From: Lingula anatina
Lineage: Eukaryota; Animalia; Brachiopoda
DNA: 64,000 bases
Assembly (NCBI GenBank): GCA_051362555.1
Contig: CM120640.1
Location: forward strand, 58,072,788 to 58,136,787
Direction: 5' to 3'
How positions within the stretch are numbered: the first letter of the stretch is position 1; each line of letters begins with the position of its first letter. Shown here piece by piece: positions 1 to 15,400 of the stretch. The position numbers were made by a program, and so were the translations under genes. The notes beneath the pieces are model-generated. The model did no database searches. It was given only the letters and a program-made list of their open reading frames with translations, and was not told where the DNA came from.

Positions 1-610
1 TTGAGGATAAAGAGCCACACAAGGGTTTTCAGTTTGTGCCATCCAATGTATAATGAGAGACAACAATTTTCAGCAAGAAAAAAATCTAATTTAATTTTGA
101 CTCTTCCCAATACTTTGAGAAGTAATCAGTGGTTATCTTAGTACATGTGTATATCACTCAAAGATCACCGTGACTGAGCATTCCATCTGGCATACACCTT
201 AATTACCATTTTAAAATATCAAACTGATAATGGGAAAATAATAACCGCATCTTTAGCTTGAAATCATGAAGAATGATGAATCATTGCCAAAGAATCCTTT
301 CAGTATTTGAAGTTCAGAACTAAAGCAAAAGTTGGGGAAAACTAAAACAAAAAAAGGTGCTATCATATCATTTTTCTAGATTTTGCACAGAGGAAAAGAA
401 GGGAAACAAAGGGGTTAGGGGAATACTCAAAAGAAAACCATGCAACAGTTGAATGTTGATAAGGTTTCAATATTCAATCCTGTCTCAGTTCAAAATCCAA
501 ATAGATATTCTGATCATAGATATTCTGATCATATATATACATCTTAAAATGTGAAAACGGCTTACATTATCACTATGTATTGACAACTTTCATCCTTCAA
601 GAATACATTA

Positions 611-2303
<1,693 letters not shown>

Positions 2304-4248
2304 CTTGTTAGGTTTTTTGAACACCTTGTTATTCCAGTTGCTTCCTGGTTATCCCAAGTAATCTGAAATCTATGAAAAGGAGAAGTTAAAAAAGAAGATA
2401 AAGTGCCTTTTTATATAAACAGTTAGTTCAAATTCTCTTTTATATAAAGCTAAAAATAAATAAATGATAACATACATTCATAAATATCAACGTACAGTGC
2501 CAAGGTACATTTGTGTTCTTCCTAACAGGGATGAAGTCCCATTTACACAAAGACTAAGAGACTTGAAATACTGAGCAATTGACCATTACTAATCTTTAAA
2601 CTGTTTGTAGCTATTGGTAGGTCACACCCAATGACATACCTGTAGAGTGGGTGTAAATTGTGAGTCCTTATCTTATGTGAAGCTTTTATCAGGAATTTCA
2701 ACTTTATTCTGCTAAATGAGTAATCATGTTCAAACCTAGAGACATAAAGTTAATGCAAGAGGGGTGTTGGTCCATTTGTAACCTCCTCTAAGATCTTTTA
2801 AGAATCACAGTTATCTCGGCGATAAATCGCTATTCATTCGGCAAACAAAAGTCAAATGAATGAATAAATACAGGTGTGCTGAGATGAACTTTGATATGCT
2901 TTTTCCAAGCAAAACGACGTTCATTTAAAGTTTGAACGACCCTGCACTTCTGAAGAATGACAATCCATTTCACCCAAACAACCGCGCCATATATTTTTTC
3001 ACGGATAGTTATAATGTCCAAAGAATGCGTATCCGGTGCCTCGGGTGTGCTACCAATGCCACCGGCACGACGTGTAATTTGGGAGTATGCGACATACCAC
3101 TGTTCAATTAAAATTATAAAACATTAAGAACCATTTGCACAATGACAGTTAAAACAAACGAATGTATCTCTAAGAAAATAGAAACGAAATACATCCAACA
3201 TATTCTGTTTCAAATAAAACCAAATCAAGATTTCCTTTTAATCCTACAAATAATCTCATTCGGTTTGAAAAGGCGGATAATCGCGCCAAGGGCGCGGCGG
3301 CTGCAAGAAAGCAATGTCCACCCTCGTCACCGCTTTCCATGACTATTATTCTGTACCCCGATATCAGTGCTTACTTATTTTGAAGACCATAACCAAATCT
3401 GATGTTTATATCATGCTTCATATTACGTCTTTCCCACTTACCACAAGTCTTCCTCCTCTGTGATTGACCGAGTGGGAAACCAATATGGCCGGCCTCGGGT
3501 TGGGTGGGGCATGCGTCAATCATGCTCAAGAAGAGGCTTTTCAATAGAGCCCATCCCTCTAGGGGCTATTGAACCCGTTTTTAGCAGGTCTTATAAAGTC
3601 TTTCATTTCATTCATGTACATTTGTTTCAAAACATATCTTCATCATGGAAGTTACATTTAGAGAATGAAATTTCAATATGCTTATCCTAGAAAAAAATCT
3701 GTTACTTATGCGGCACTATTATGTACTCTTTACTGAGTGCAAGAGATTACAACTTGCAGTTTTGTTAACATAAACAGACCTGTAATATTACACATAAACT
3801 CGTCGTCTGCTCGCACGAGTCAGGGTCTCGTTTTTTTTCTAATCTGAGGAACTGTAGATGGGATTTTATATCTAGATCTAATTCTCCTCGAGACAAAAAA
3901 GTTATTTTCTTTCACACACAAATCATTGATCCGTCTGGTCGTGCACCTGGACTCAAACGCTTTGTAGATCTATGAGAGGTATTTTAATACTCGTTTAGAC
4001 GGTCCCGTCTTTTCAGGAAATGTGAAACTGAAGTTATTGCGAAAAAAGTAGCTTTAGATACGTGGATTGTTAGTAATAGCTAGTTATCCTTCAAAGTCGC
4101 AACTTAAGTCACTCTGCGCTCTTATGCGCTTCAGCTCAGAGATTTGTCACTTTTTCCATCCTTTCTTGTGTAAAAAACTATTATCACATCCCAGATCATC
4201 CCATACGGTTAGAGCTCTTTTTTTCTTAGCCAGTTTAACTTGACCAAC

Positions 4249-4406
4249 GGGGCCGTAGCGATAGTCCGAAGGTTCAATAGTCCGAAGGTTCATTGGTCCG
4301 AAAGTTCACTATAGAACCTTCGGACCAATGAACCCTTGATTAAAAAATCGATGAAAATGTTACCACTTTTCGGACCAATGAACCTTCGGACTATCGAGAC
4401 GCCCCC
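4249..4406. mobile_element. MITE with 8-bp TSD (TGACCAAC) and TIRs built of 15-bp subrepeats (ATAGTCCGAAGGTTC)
   Basis: TGACCAAC at 4241-4248 and 4407-4414; ends GGGG../..CCCCC; subrepeats direct on the left, inverted on the right. Confidence 0.8.
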
Positions 4407-6626
4407 TGACCAACAACCCCCACCCCAGAAAAAGGTCACTGAATTTCTAATCCATTGTTTATTATCTCGTTCTCTTGATACCCCTCCCCCCTTTTGAAAT
4501 TAATGAAACAACATTGTCGGTAATTTCATGTTACTTTTTAGTTTTTGTTAAGTTCTTACTCATAATAAAAAATGGGTCATAAAAATAGCAAATGAAAATA
4601 TGACACCTGAACACAATGCATTAAAATGACTGTTTTATTTATAAGACAGCAAATCAAGATGTAGACTATATGTGAAATATGACCAAAAACTTTTTTCATA
4701 ATCATAATCTGCTTGGGTAAACAAACAGAAACAATTTCAATTATTTTGAAAAATAGAAGTTGAATTTACGAATATAAACCTTAGCAAAGGTTTCACATTA
4801 AAGCTATTTCTACCAAAATAATCCATCATCATCAGGCATCCCAGTCTTCTGCCAAAGAGAAAAGTGAAGGTTTTTTAAAGAAATAAATGGAACAATACAT
4901 ATCAGTACATTAACAAGTCTTTCTAAATATTTTTGGTCAAATGTATTTGACCCTGATGAACAAAAAAAGAGAAATCCCCATGATCTTTGAAACAGAAACA
5001 GATCAGGTAAAGGCAATATCAAGATGTTGGCATGTTTATTTCTGCTGTCCCCTCTCAACTCACTAACATAAGTACAAAAACACACAAAAATATCTAACAC
5101 TTCCCTTCTTGTCAGATTTTATAAAGACCGAGTAAACCAAATGAATTTCATAGAAATAACTCATTTTTAGATCTTAAAAAGGTTAGGTGTGGCATCTTAA
5201 TTGGTAATTAAATGAATTTTAGCAATGCTTTATGAACTTGAAGGAAAAAGGACTCCTCAATCAAAGATAGAACCTGCAGCATATACACCAATTTATCTGG
5301 CACTACATGTAAGAGATGCTGCCAAGTTCACTGATAACCAATAATATATACAAGAAATACCAATTACATACATCCACACATATACGTAAATGTTTTCAAT
5401 AAATTTATGTACACACAATATTAACTTTACATAAAAAACTTGATTGCATTATAACACCAATCTACTACACAACAGTGATCAGGCTTTTCTCTTATTCTAT
5501 ATCAATAATGCAGTTTCTTTTCATACACTTTTGGTTTATCTTCAGTGCACTTTACCTAATTTTGACTGAAATTCATATCAACTATCATCTAGGACTTGCT
5601 CTATGGCTCTGGTTCTTTTATTGTATAGATGTAGAGAAGATCTATGATCATTAATACCCACTCTCTTATGAATGAAAAAGATGACATCTATGAAGCAGTG
5701 CAACTCCAACCAGTAAAATTGCAGCCCGGCTATTAACAGTGTCACACTCCTCTTTTTAGAGAAAAGAGCATGTGCCTTGTATTTCTTGTGAAAAGAAGTA
5801 CTTCTGGGTGATATAAAGCATCTTGTAAATTTTACAAATAAAATTCACAGTAAAAATATAGGTACGTAAAGGTGCAAAGTGTAGGACTTTCTTTGCAAAA
5901 AACTCATACTTAAATTTTCCTTGGTTAAATGGTATTTTTTTTTCCAACCAACCAACCTTTGATCCTCTTTTTTTCTGATAATTGCCTAAACTCTGTAACA
6001 GTCCAGTTGGTCTATTCTCACTTATGTGGTGGTTTTACAATTCTGCCATCCCTACAAGCTCAATTCTTGCAGACTTCTGGATTTCACATGATTTACAACT
6101 GTCAAGATGGTTGGCGGGCAGCAAGGTTCATCAGGTGGTCAATTTGATTACATTTTGTGACATTAATTAGACATTTATCTGTAAAAATATGACCAAAAAG
6201 TATAACCTGTCCTCAGAGAAGTTCAGAAAGAGAGGTAATGTACTAACATGGGTGTTTAAAATTTTTAAATTTTGTCACTTGGAACTAAAACATGGATACG
6301 TCTCAAAAGTGAATTTTAAATATTACTGACATAATAAATGGATCTTTTATAACATGCCTATTGAGTGGTAAGGGAAAAAATGCCAATAGTTCTATTCTAT
6401 ACAGTAAAAGCACCAAAATGCTGTACAGAGTATAATTTGAAATGATTCCAAAATTATCTGAAAGACTGATGATTTTCCCTATTGAAAAGTCATTACTGTA
6501 TTTTCTTTTTTTCACCAGCCCCTTTAAATAAATGTCCGGCTTGTTAACTGTATCCAACATGGTAGTTGCAATATGCCCACCCATCCATGGGATGATGGGC
6601 ATAAAAAATAGAAGGAAACAGCCAAT

Positions 6627-9600
6627 TCAAGTTTCTTCATCTGTTATGTAATCAACTGTTTCATTTTCTACACCATTTCTAATACTATTTTTCCCATTTG
6701 CATCATGCTGTGGTAACTTGTCACTAATGGGAAACCCCTCCCCTTCCAAGCTGTGATCAGAGTGTTTTACTTGGGTAGGACTCCAAGCATCACTGGATGC
6801 ATCTGTGCTCTCAGTGGGGTAGTCATTGAGAAGCACAGGTGGACAATTACTATGGTTATTTGATCCTGTAGTCTGTTGCTGTAGATTTGTGTGTCTGTGA
6901 CCAAACATTTGTGCTGCTGTGTCATCCGAGTCTGTACTTTCCATGGCATTTTGGTGTTCCCCATTTGTAGTCTCTGGTTCATGTGGGCTTAGTGATGTGT
7001 ATGTCCTATATTCCTCAGTTTCCATGGGCATTTCTGTGTTTGACACATAGCTAGGTGTAGACGTCCGTGACATATTATCCTCCATCTGCTCAAATTCAGT
7101 TTTCGCCTTACCTACCACATCATATGGTTTTATGTCTTCTGTCATTTTCCCACCCCTAAGCTGTTCATTTTCTTCTTGAAGCTTGATAATTTGCTCCTGG
7201 GCTTCTTTCAGTTGTTGTTGATATAAGTATATAGTGCTCTGCATTGCTTCAACATCTTCATCTATTTCAACAAGGAATTCCTCTGTTTCTGAAGATGAAA
7301 AAAGACTAGTCGATTATCAACGTATAACATATTAAGAAAGTGAATTACAAATCATGTCAGCCATTTGTAATAGGCTTTTACCATGGTTTTCTATGGATGG
7401 ATAAAGATGAAGAACACAATTCATGATTTATTTTTATCAATAATGAGAGCAACTTTTCTTTGCCTTTACACGAATAAAAGGTTTTGCAAATCAATGATAT
7501 TTGTAAAGACAAAGTACCCTTAGAATATCAATACTACCTTCTGCAATAGATACTCGTCTACCAATAGGATTTCACTTTGTAAAACTGCTCTTCTATGACA
7601 AAAAACATGTATATATGCAAGATGAAGCACCTGCTTGACTGTTTTTCAATTCTTCTACCAACTTCTTTTCCAATGCAATTTCTCCCTCTAGTTTGGCTGT
7701 TCTACCAGATGAAATCACTTTACCAAGTTCTTCATTTTCTTGCAACAGCATTCTACACTTGGCCATTAGACGTTTTCCTGTTTGGCTAAAAAAATGAAAA
7801 CAAAAAGAAAAACCTATTGATCTTTCAAAGGCATCAATATCATCAAATTATTACTGTCTCTATGGGTTCAAGAGAAGCATGGTATACAAATCTTGCTCTA
7901 AGGCTGGGCTCTCACTAGCCATACTTGTTGACAAAACAGTTGACTTTTTCTTTGTAACAACCATTTTGGCTACAAGCACAATTTTAGATATAAGTTTGAT
8001 CTAAGGGATAAACAAGCTCAGCAAGAACTCCACACAATTTTTACTCAACTCAAAATACACACCAAACTGATATGCTGCCATAAGACTGGCATTCTATTCA
8101 CCCTGTGTTGCTTCAACTGGACAATCTGCTGATAGTTTTCTTTTTAATACTAGCTACTGCATCAAAATACACAAATAACGAACCCCTGAAACTTTATTTC
8201 ACAGAGAAAAAGACCCTAAATAAAGATGAAACTACCATTTGTTCACTTGAAACGTCTCTAATCACCAGAAAAAGTAATATAAACATTTAAAAAATGTAAA
8301 ATGAGGGGAAAATCTGAAATGGGTAAACTACATATAAATGCATCAATGAACATTGTGATTAGGAGCATCTTTGAAAAAAAAAATCAGATAAAATCGAAGA
8401 AAGAAATCATTTGCAGTTTTTAGTTTCAAACCTCTGAACACACCTGCTGATAACAAAAGGTGGATTAAAAAAAAAAAAAAAAAAAGACTCGTATCAGTGT
8501 GGCAGAAGAATAATATCTAGTCTATGAGGAGTCTAATACCAACAATATCATATCATGTTTACTTGCATTTCAAGTTTGTAAGTCAATTATTTTGAAGGGA
8601 ATTTAGTTGCTTCATTACTTGAGATAAAAGTTAGCTGTTATCTTTTTGCAAATTTTGACAGAAGTTTAAAAATATACATTCATTGATTTTTTGCACATTT
8701 TAGAATAACCATTCTTTTATCTTTTATTAACTGCAAAAATACATAAAATTGTTCAAATAACAAAAGGAACTAATAATGAAAGGTAAGTAAACATAAAGAT
8801 GCCACAATTGCCAAATCTCAAATTTAGCTAACAGATGCGCATGATTTCAAAAAGACAAAAAGCAAGGAAACAAATATGAAAAGATAAATATATTACGTAA
8901 ACAGCCAGCTAAAGCTGACAAATGTTCAGACAACCAATATTAGTGTAGGTTTAAGAAAATTGATATGTGTAACTGTAATTAATCCCTGTTAATGACACCA
9001 AGATGTCTGAAGGAAAAAGAGACATTCATCTTTAACATGTGGTCAAAGGGTTGTAATTCACAAATGATGAAAAACAAGACTTCAATTATCAGGAAAAAGT
9101 GATCTAATCATACCCTGTGTTTTGAGCCAACTATAACCTCAGGAAGTTCCATCTCTAGCAGACATGTAATTGGAATGATTAAACAAGACCAAAATTACCA
9201 ATCATGGCCAGTTTTTCACTTGACCCAGTAACCCAAGCAGGTTTTAGCTTAAATGGAGTTACCATTTGGATAATACAGTTTTCACAAGACCACAAAAACT
9301 TACTCTGTATTATTTTAGACAATAATTTCTGTGACTTAAAGGTAAAACAGGAACAATGCTTCCTGGTTATTGTAGTAACAAGAAATGTGCACAATCATGG
9401 CTACAGGTCTAGCAAAATTGACAGATGCTAGCGAGGGTAATATGTACAGATACTACTGTGTCTGTACATAAAATCATTAAAATCATATTTAAGCAATGAA
9501 TTTTTGCTGTCTTAATTTCAAGAATGTATGTGGCATTATGTACACTTCAAGAAGAGCACATAAATAGGAGTACAAAATTTTGATCAACCAAGTAACAGTT

Positions 9601-11719
9601 TCTTTTTCTCAATCATCAAACAAATGATGAAAACATTCAGGATTGGCAAAATACTACATCAGCTGATCCAAGCCCACGAGTAAAAAGTCTATATAGAATC
9701 CATTATTTTTGATTAACCTTAACAAATAAAGCAGTATTCATCTTAACTTGGACTATTTCAATTATCATTCAAATTAATAGCAGTATACATTGATCCTTAT
9801 TTGACAAAAATTGAGGTTTATTCCCACCAGTCTATGAGAAAACCTAGTAGGATAAGACCCTATCCCACTGAAGACAGCTGCTTGGTGTTCAAAGACTCCA
9901 CTGTTCTTACTGCTCTCTTTTAAACAACAGCAAACCTATAGACCAACCTTCAAACAGTGTTTTTGTGTCATCTTTTATCCTTCATCAAAACCAGTCTTGT
10001 CAGAACTGTTCTTGTGCTCTAGACTGCTTAAATTGGACAGAAGTCCCCTCCTTGGAGAGTCCTTGGACAATGTCCAGAACAGTCCAAAATGATTGGATTC
10101 AGTCCAGTGTAATGCCAGTAACAAACATTGGCAAGGTGGGAGTTACTGACATTTAAGTACTGTGCAATGTAAAATGGGTCTATGATGAAAGTTAAGTTAA
10201 CATAAATCAAGAATGTTAGAGCAACTTTTGAAATTTGTGGCAATGACATTGTCTGGGCGGAATACGTTACGAGTATGCACCTGTCAGGGGTGAACTTCCA
10301 GGCACTGAGTTCATTTTGTGTCTGTTCGAGTTTTTCCTTGCTACTGTCCATCTCCTTTTTCATTCGCTGGAACATCAAATTGACTGCTGGATCCAGGAGC
10401 ATGTTGCGCAGTTGGGCTGAGCTTGGTACTTGAGCTTGCTTTATTTCTTGAATTTGTGTCTGAAAACAGAACAAAAGGTAATATATAGATAAACTGGTAA
10501 AAAAATTGAATAGACCATACCTCAATGAAGAATTGGTGTTGGGGATTTGCATCAAGTGATAGACTTGAACAATATTTAGGTTGTAACTGATATACTTAAA
10601 TTGTATGTCATAAAATTTTCAGAAACAATGTCTTACAATGTAGTCTTGAAGCTCCTGTTCTTTAGTGGTGAGCCTCATAACTAACACATTTTCTCGTCTG
10701 GTAGCTTCTAGCTGCTGTTGTTTTAACTTTTCTTCCGATTCTCTTAAGCCTGTAATTTCCTCATCTGGAAAGTAGAATAATATAAATTCACTACATCTTG
10801 TACCTTTACCCTTTTGGGTTTCACCATTCTACTTTGTTAGCCTTTCGTGAATACATATTTGTGTATATATACCATGTCCATATGGTGTAAAACAATAAGG
10901 GAATCTGTTCTTTATTTTCAACACTAAAAATAAATTCATATTTCCTCATAACATACTTGTGTCTTTACTCCCACAATTTAAGGCCTCCAATTGATCTATA
11001 TATCGCTCTTGGTCTTTCCATCTAAAAACAAATCAGAAAACAATAATCAAGAAACATATGTCAACTCAAACATTCATTTTAACAATTTTCAAATTAAAAG
11101 TTCTAATTTTAAATCTGTTATTAATCAATACAAAGAACTTACTTAGTAAAAGTCACAAAACATTTTTTGTATAGTGAATTTACACTCACATTGCTGCAAA
11201 TTCTTCTCTTGACAAGTTGTTTACCTCTGTCTCACTTAAATGAATCTAGAGTGAAAAATGCATGAAAGGAAAATTACATAGCATATCAGCCACTACAAAA
11301 ATATGTTTTATCAAAGCAACATGTGTTGCCTATTATCCAAATTATCTTAGAATGAGAAAACAATAATACCACTTTGCCATAATTCATCCAAGCAATATGT
11401 TCTGACTTATAAAATAGACAGTCTAATTAAAAACTCCATGTGAAATGGTATGAATTGTCCGCTGCATATTAAAATTTATTGTTTTTTGAAATAGCTAAAC
11501 ATTCAAAGTCATCATATGCTACTAGGTTCATGACTGATAAATTAGAATTTTAAAATTCAGCTTTTAACTGAAATAAAGACATGATAGTTCAGTAAAGTTT
11601 CAGGCAAAAATTATGAAGACCAACTTTTACGTGGTATAGTTCTTTCATAATTTATGGATGGCCAATATCAGCCGTACCATTAATATACTTACCCTTTTAG
11701 CTGGAGGATCATCACCCAT
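6627..11719 (-). CDS. WTAP: Pre-mRNA-splicing regulator WTAP / Fl(2)d (m6A writer subunit); exons approx. 11719-11693, 11245-11190, 11021-10958, 10764-10638, 10459-10281, 7785-7631, 7288-6627
   Basis: Spliced product contains GLRESEEKLKQQQLEATRRENVLVMRLTTKEQE, LLDPAVNLMF, QNELSAWKFTPD(S)QTGKRLMAKCRMLLQENEELG, VEAMQSTIYLYQQQLKE, all matching WTAP. Confidence 0.95.
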
Positions 11720-11999
11720 TGTTATCCTTTAGTATTCTTCACCTAAAAATATATGCATCTGATAAAAGCATTGAAAAACCACCATTAAATCAAGCACTAT
11801 TCATACAAACTATACAACGAAACCGAAACGACTAGTCACGAGTGACACAATGACTGCAAGTAGCAGGTGAATCGTGTTTCCTTAAAATGAGAGCATGGAA
11901 CACATTTTCTACACCTCCCGAATCCAGATATACAAATCGGTCATACTTCGAAGACAAAAAAATTAGACACACTATATTGAACAGTTTTAAAAGCAGAAT

Positions 12000-12462
12000 G
12001 TAGGGGTTTACCCTTATCACTAGGCTTCCAGGAAGCAAACAAAATGGCGGTCACAACTACTCTTTTTCAAGTTGCAGATAACCATTTTTCTCTAATTATT
12101 CAGCAACAAAACAAACATTGTTCGCCCACGAACCTTTTCTATGAACAATTTTGATTGTCAAGCTCCAGTCCTTTTTTCATTGCACGTACGTCTGACACAT
12201 ATAATATTAAATCCTTTTTGTGAAATCGAAACAACACCGACCTTGCAAGGGGGCCGCCATGTGTATAACAACAAGGCATGCTGGGAAAAAAGAGAATTAT
12301 TTAACACAAAAGTGAATATATGCTGAAATAGATTTATGATAATTAACTTTTTACTAATAAATTATCACAGTGATATAAAAAGCTGACAATTCCTTTTATA
12401 AAAAGTAATAATCTCCACCCCGAGAGAACAAATACACGTGAACATACAAGGTTGTTTTGAAA
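12000..12462. promoter_or_regulatory. Putative bidirectional promoter WTAP/SOD2
   Basis: Divergent first exons; locally CpG-richer; YY1-like AAAATGGCGG (12041-12050) and CCGCCATGT (~12254); ZNF143/Staf-like TTCCCAGCATGCC on minus strand (12275-12287). Confidence 0.6.
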
Positions 12463-15400
12463 ATGTTGTGTGCACGCATCGGCATGCTAAAAAGGTAAAT
12501 ATTATGCATTTTTTACGTTAGATTGTGAAGAAAATGCATATAATGTGTATTGAATAGTTGAGGCACTTAATGGCTTAAACTTGCAGAAGTGTCAATTATT
12601 CTGAGTAGGTCAAATAATTACTTTTGTCTCTCGGTAAAGTACTAGTACTTGGTATCAGTGTGTCACAGACTCTCGAGTCAAGGACGTAATGTTCCGTAAG
12701 CAATTTTAATAGTTAGATGATCTAAGCAACTCAATACACGACACTTGCCATTTTATGACTAAGCAAAAAAACAATCAAATGAGTAAATTATAGGAGTGCT
12801 AACGCATGAATTTTCGTGCTACACTATACCCAGCCGAATATCATCATACTGAGTACAGTAGAGTTTCACATAGAATAAATTATACATGTAGGAATACAAA
12901 AGGGAATCATCTCACACTTTTCAAAAACTATATTTGAACAGATATTTTCTGCCTTCAATATGTGAAATACTGTGAATACTGCCAGTCCGAGCGGTAATGA
13001 CCGCCTGAAAAGCCAGAGGATTGGTAAAAATTTTGATAAATTATTTGGACTGGCAAGGCTTGTGTGGAAATACAGTAATATATAAAATTGAACAATACAT
13101 AAACATCAACCAGTGTACCTGCACTGAATTAGGAGGTCAGTATTTTCCTCCAACCCTCGTTTAAATATTTATGCAATTGCACATGCATGCTGCATCACAC
13201 GTAACTATTTCATTTGGCAAACTTTTACAAATTCAGGGACTGGTAACAAGGTCAAGTGTATGATCAGCCATTTGAAGAATGTACAGTCTTAAACCTATTC
13301 TTTGCCTGACTAAGTGATTAATTTGGGGTTTATCTTTGGCATGCCAACTTTGAGTCCTAAAAGAAACTAGTAGTAGTAGAAGTGGTTTACTGTATATACT
13401 CAGTATGCATACTGTATATATGTAATAATAGGGGATGAGTACTAGTACTTTGACCAGTAATTTTGTGGTATTATACAGAATCATTCATAGGTCAATCGAC
13501 ACCTAGCACCTGCAGGTTGTTTTTGGAATCATTGAAAAAATTGTATTTCTGTATGGAATCTGTGGTACTTTTACTGTATAAAGTAGAAATATAGGTAAGC
13601 CTGCTTTTCAATTTTGCTTCTACTTCGCAATGGAAATGTTCCAATTATAAGAATTGAATTTTAAGAATTTTAAGAAGCTATGTATTAAGAAAGAGGAATG
13701 GGAAGAGCAATAATAGAAGGTGGAATGAAAGGACAGCAAGTAAAAGGGAGACCTCAAACAAACTGAATAGGAAATTTGAAAGAATGGAGTGGAGAAAGTG
13801 GGGCTAATTTATGTAAAAAGGCAAAGAACTGGGATGGCTAGATACATGCTGTTAATACTTGGGTGCACCCAAAGCCTAATTCTAGGTCAGACATTCAGAT
13901 TAAAATTTTTGTATTAAAAATAGGAATGTTAAATACACCAAGTAACCAGCTAACAGGGTTTTGATTTATACTATACACACCAACTTTAAGCTTTTGTCAG
14001 TTTACCCATTGTTGAGTTAAACTAACAGACTGATTTCCTTGGAATTGTAGGTTTGTGCCCCAGCAGAAGGCTGCATTGGGGTTCACAGCTTCAAGATTGG
14101 CACACTCACTGCCAGATCTGCCGTATGATTTCAATGCACTTGAGCCAGTTATTGGAGCAGAAATTATGGAAATCCATTACAAAAAACACCATGCAACTTA
14201 TGTTAACAACTTGAATATTGCAGAAGAGAAAATGGAGAAAGCATTGGCAGAAGGTACAGATAATTCTGGGAACATTAGCAGCACATTTTGTTTATTATTT
14301 TTTGATTTTGTATTTAAAATGTACAAAATAATAGTAAAGATCAAATTTAGAGTTAAAATTAAAATGATTTATAAATTGACAATTAGTGTTACTTAAGTTA
14401 ATTTAAAAATGGTTTGGAGAAAATGATAGTTCTTAATCATAATGTGAACATCTTAGGCATGATTCAGAATAGGAGACCAACTAGTCTGAGGGTCAATTAT
14501 GGCAACCCACTACAAAGCTTGCCATCTAATCCGCTAATAGACACTGAATAGATATCCAATGGGATATTCAAGTGGTCAAGTATTCAAGTGGGTTGGCCAT
14601 ATTTGACCTTCGGACTAGTTAGTCCCCTATTCTGAATGGGGCCTTAGAAAACATTTATGTGCAATTTCAACTTAATCTTCTAGGTGATACAAACGCTGCC
14701 ATTTCTTTGCTGCCTGCACTGAATTTTAATGGTGGAGGACACATTAATCACTCCATTTTCTGGACAAACCTTTCTCCAAATGGAGGTGGAGAGCCAACAG
14801 GTGACTGTTCTAGAAGTATATATGACAGTGTATAATATAGTTTGCAGCTTTTCAAGTTATATCCTTTTCATTTTTAGTGACTACATTAATGCCAGAGTCT
14901 GTATTCAATGAAATCAGTGATATTGAATTTTTTAATCATGTCACTTTCATGAAATTTGTTTTTGTCACATAATTGTTGTTGAATGCTGTAAGAACACAGC
15001 TAGCCTGTGTATTAAAAAAATATGAAAGATAAATTTGCACCACTCCATTCTACACAGATGTATCTGTACAGATGTAGGCCTACATGATATATAGTATTCA
15101 TAAATTATAGTAAACTTATTTTGTTGGTATAAAAAAAAGAGGTCTTTTGTTCATTTTGAAGGTGATTAAAAACATTTGTCTTACAGGTGATCTTAAGGAA
15201 AGTATTAATAGGGATTTTGGTGGATTTGAAAGCATGAAGAAAGAACTGATTTCAAAAACGGTGGCTATCCAAGGGTCTGGCTGGGGTTGGTTGGGCTATA
15301 ATCCTCACACCCAGAGATTAAGACTAGCTGTTAGACCTAATCAAGATTCTTTGTTTCCTACTCTTGGTAAGATGGTTTTTGATATAAATTATTTAGTGAG

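Noticed and set aside
3540-3573. Small hairpin TTCAATAG..CTATTGAA near the ERM-A promoter
   Set aside because: Short and imperfect; no independent support for function.
9061-9670. Two CAAATGATGAAAA motifs resembling snoRNA C boxes
   Set aside because: They are antisense to the WTAP host transcript and lack a convincing terminal stem and guide.
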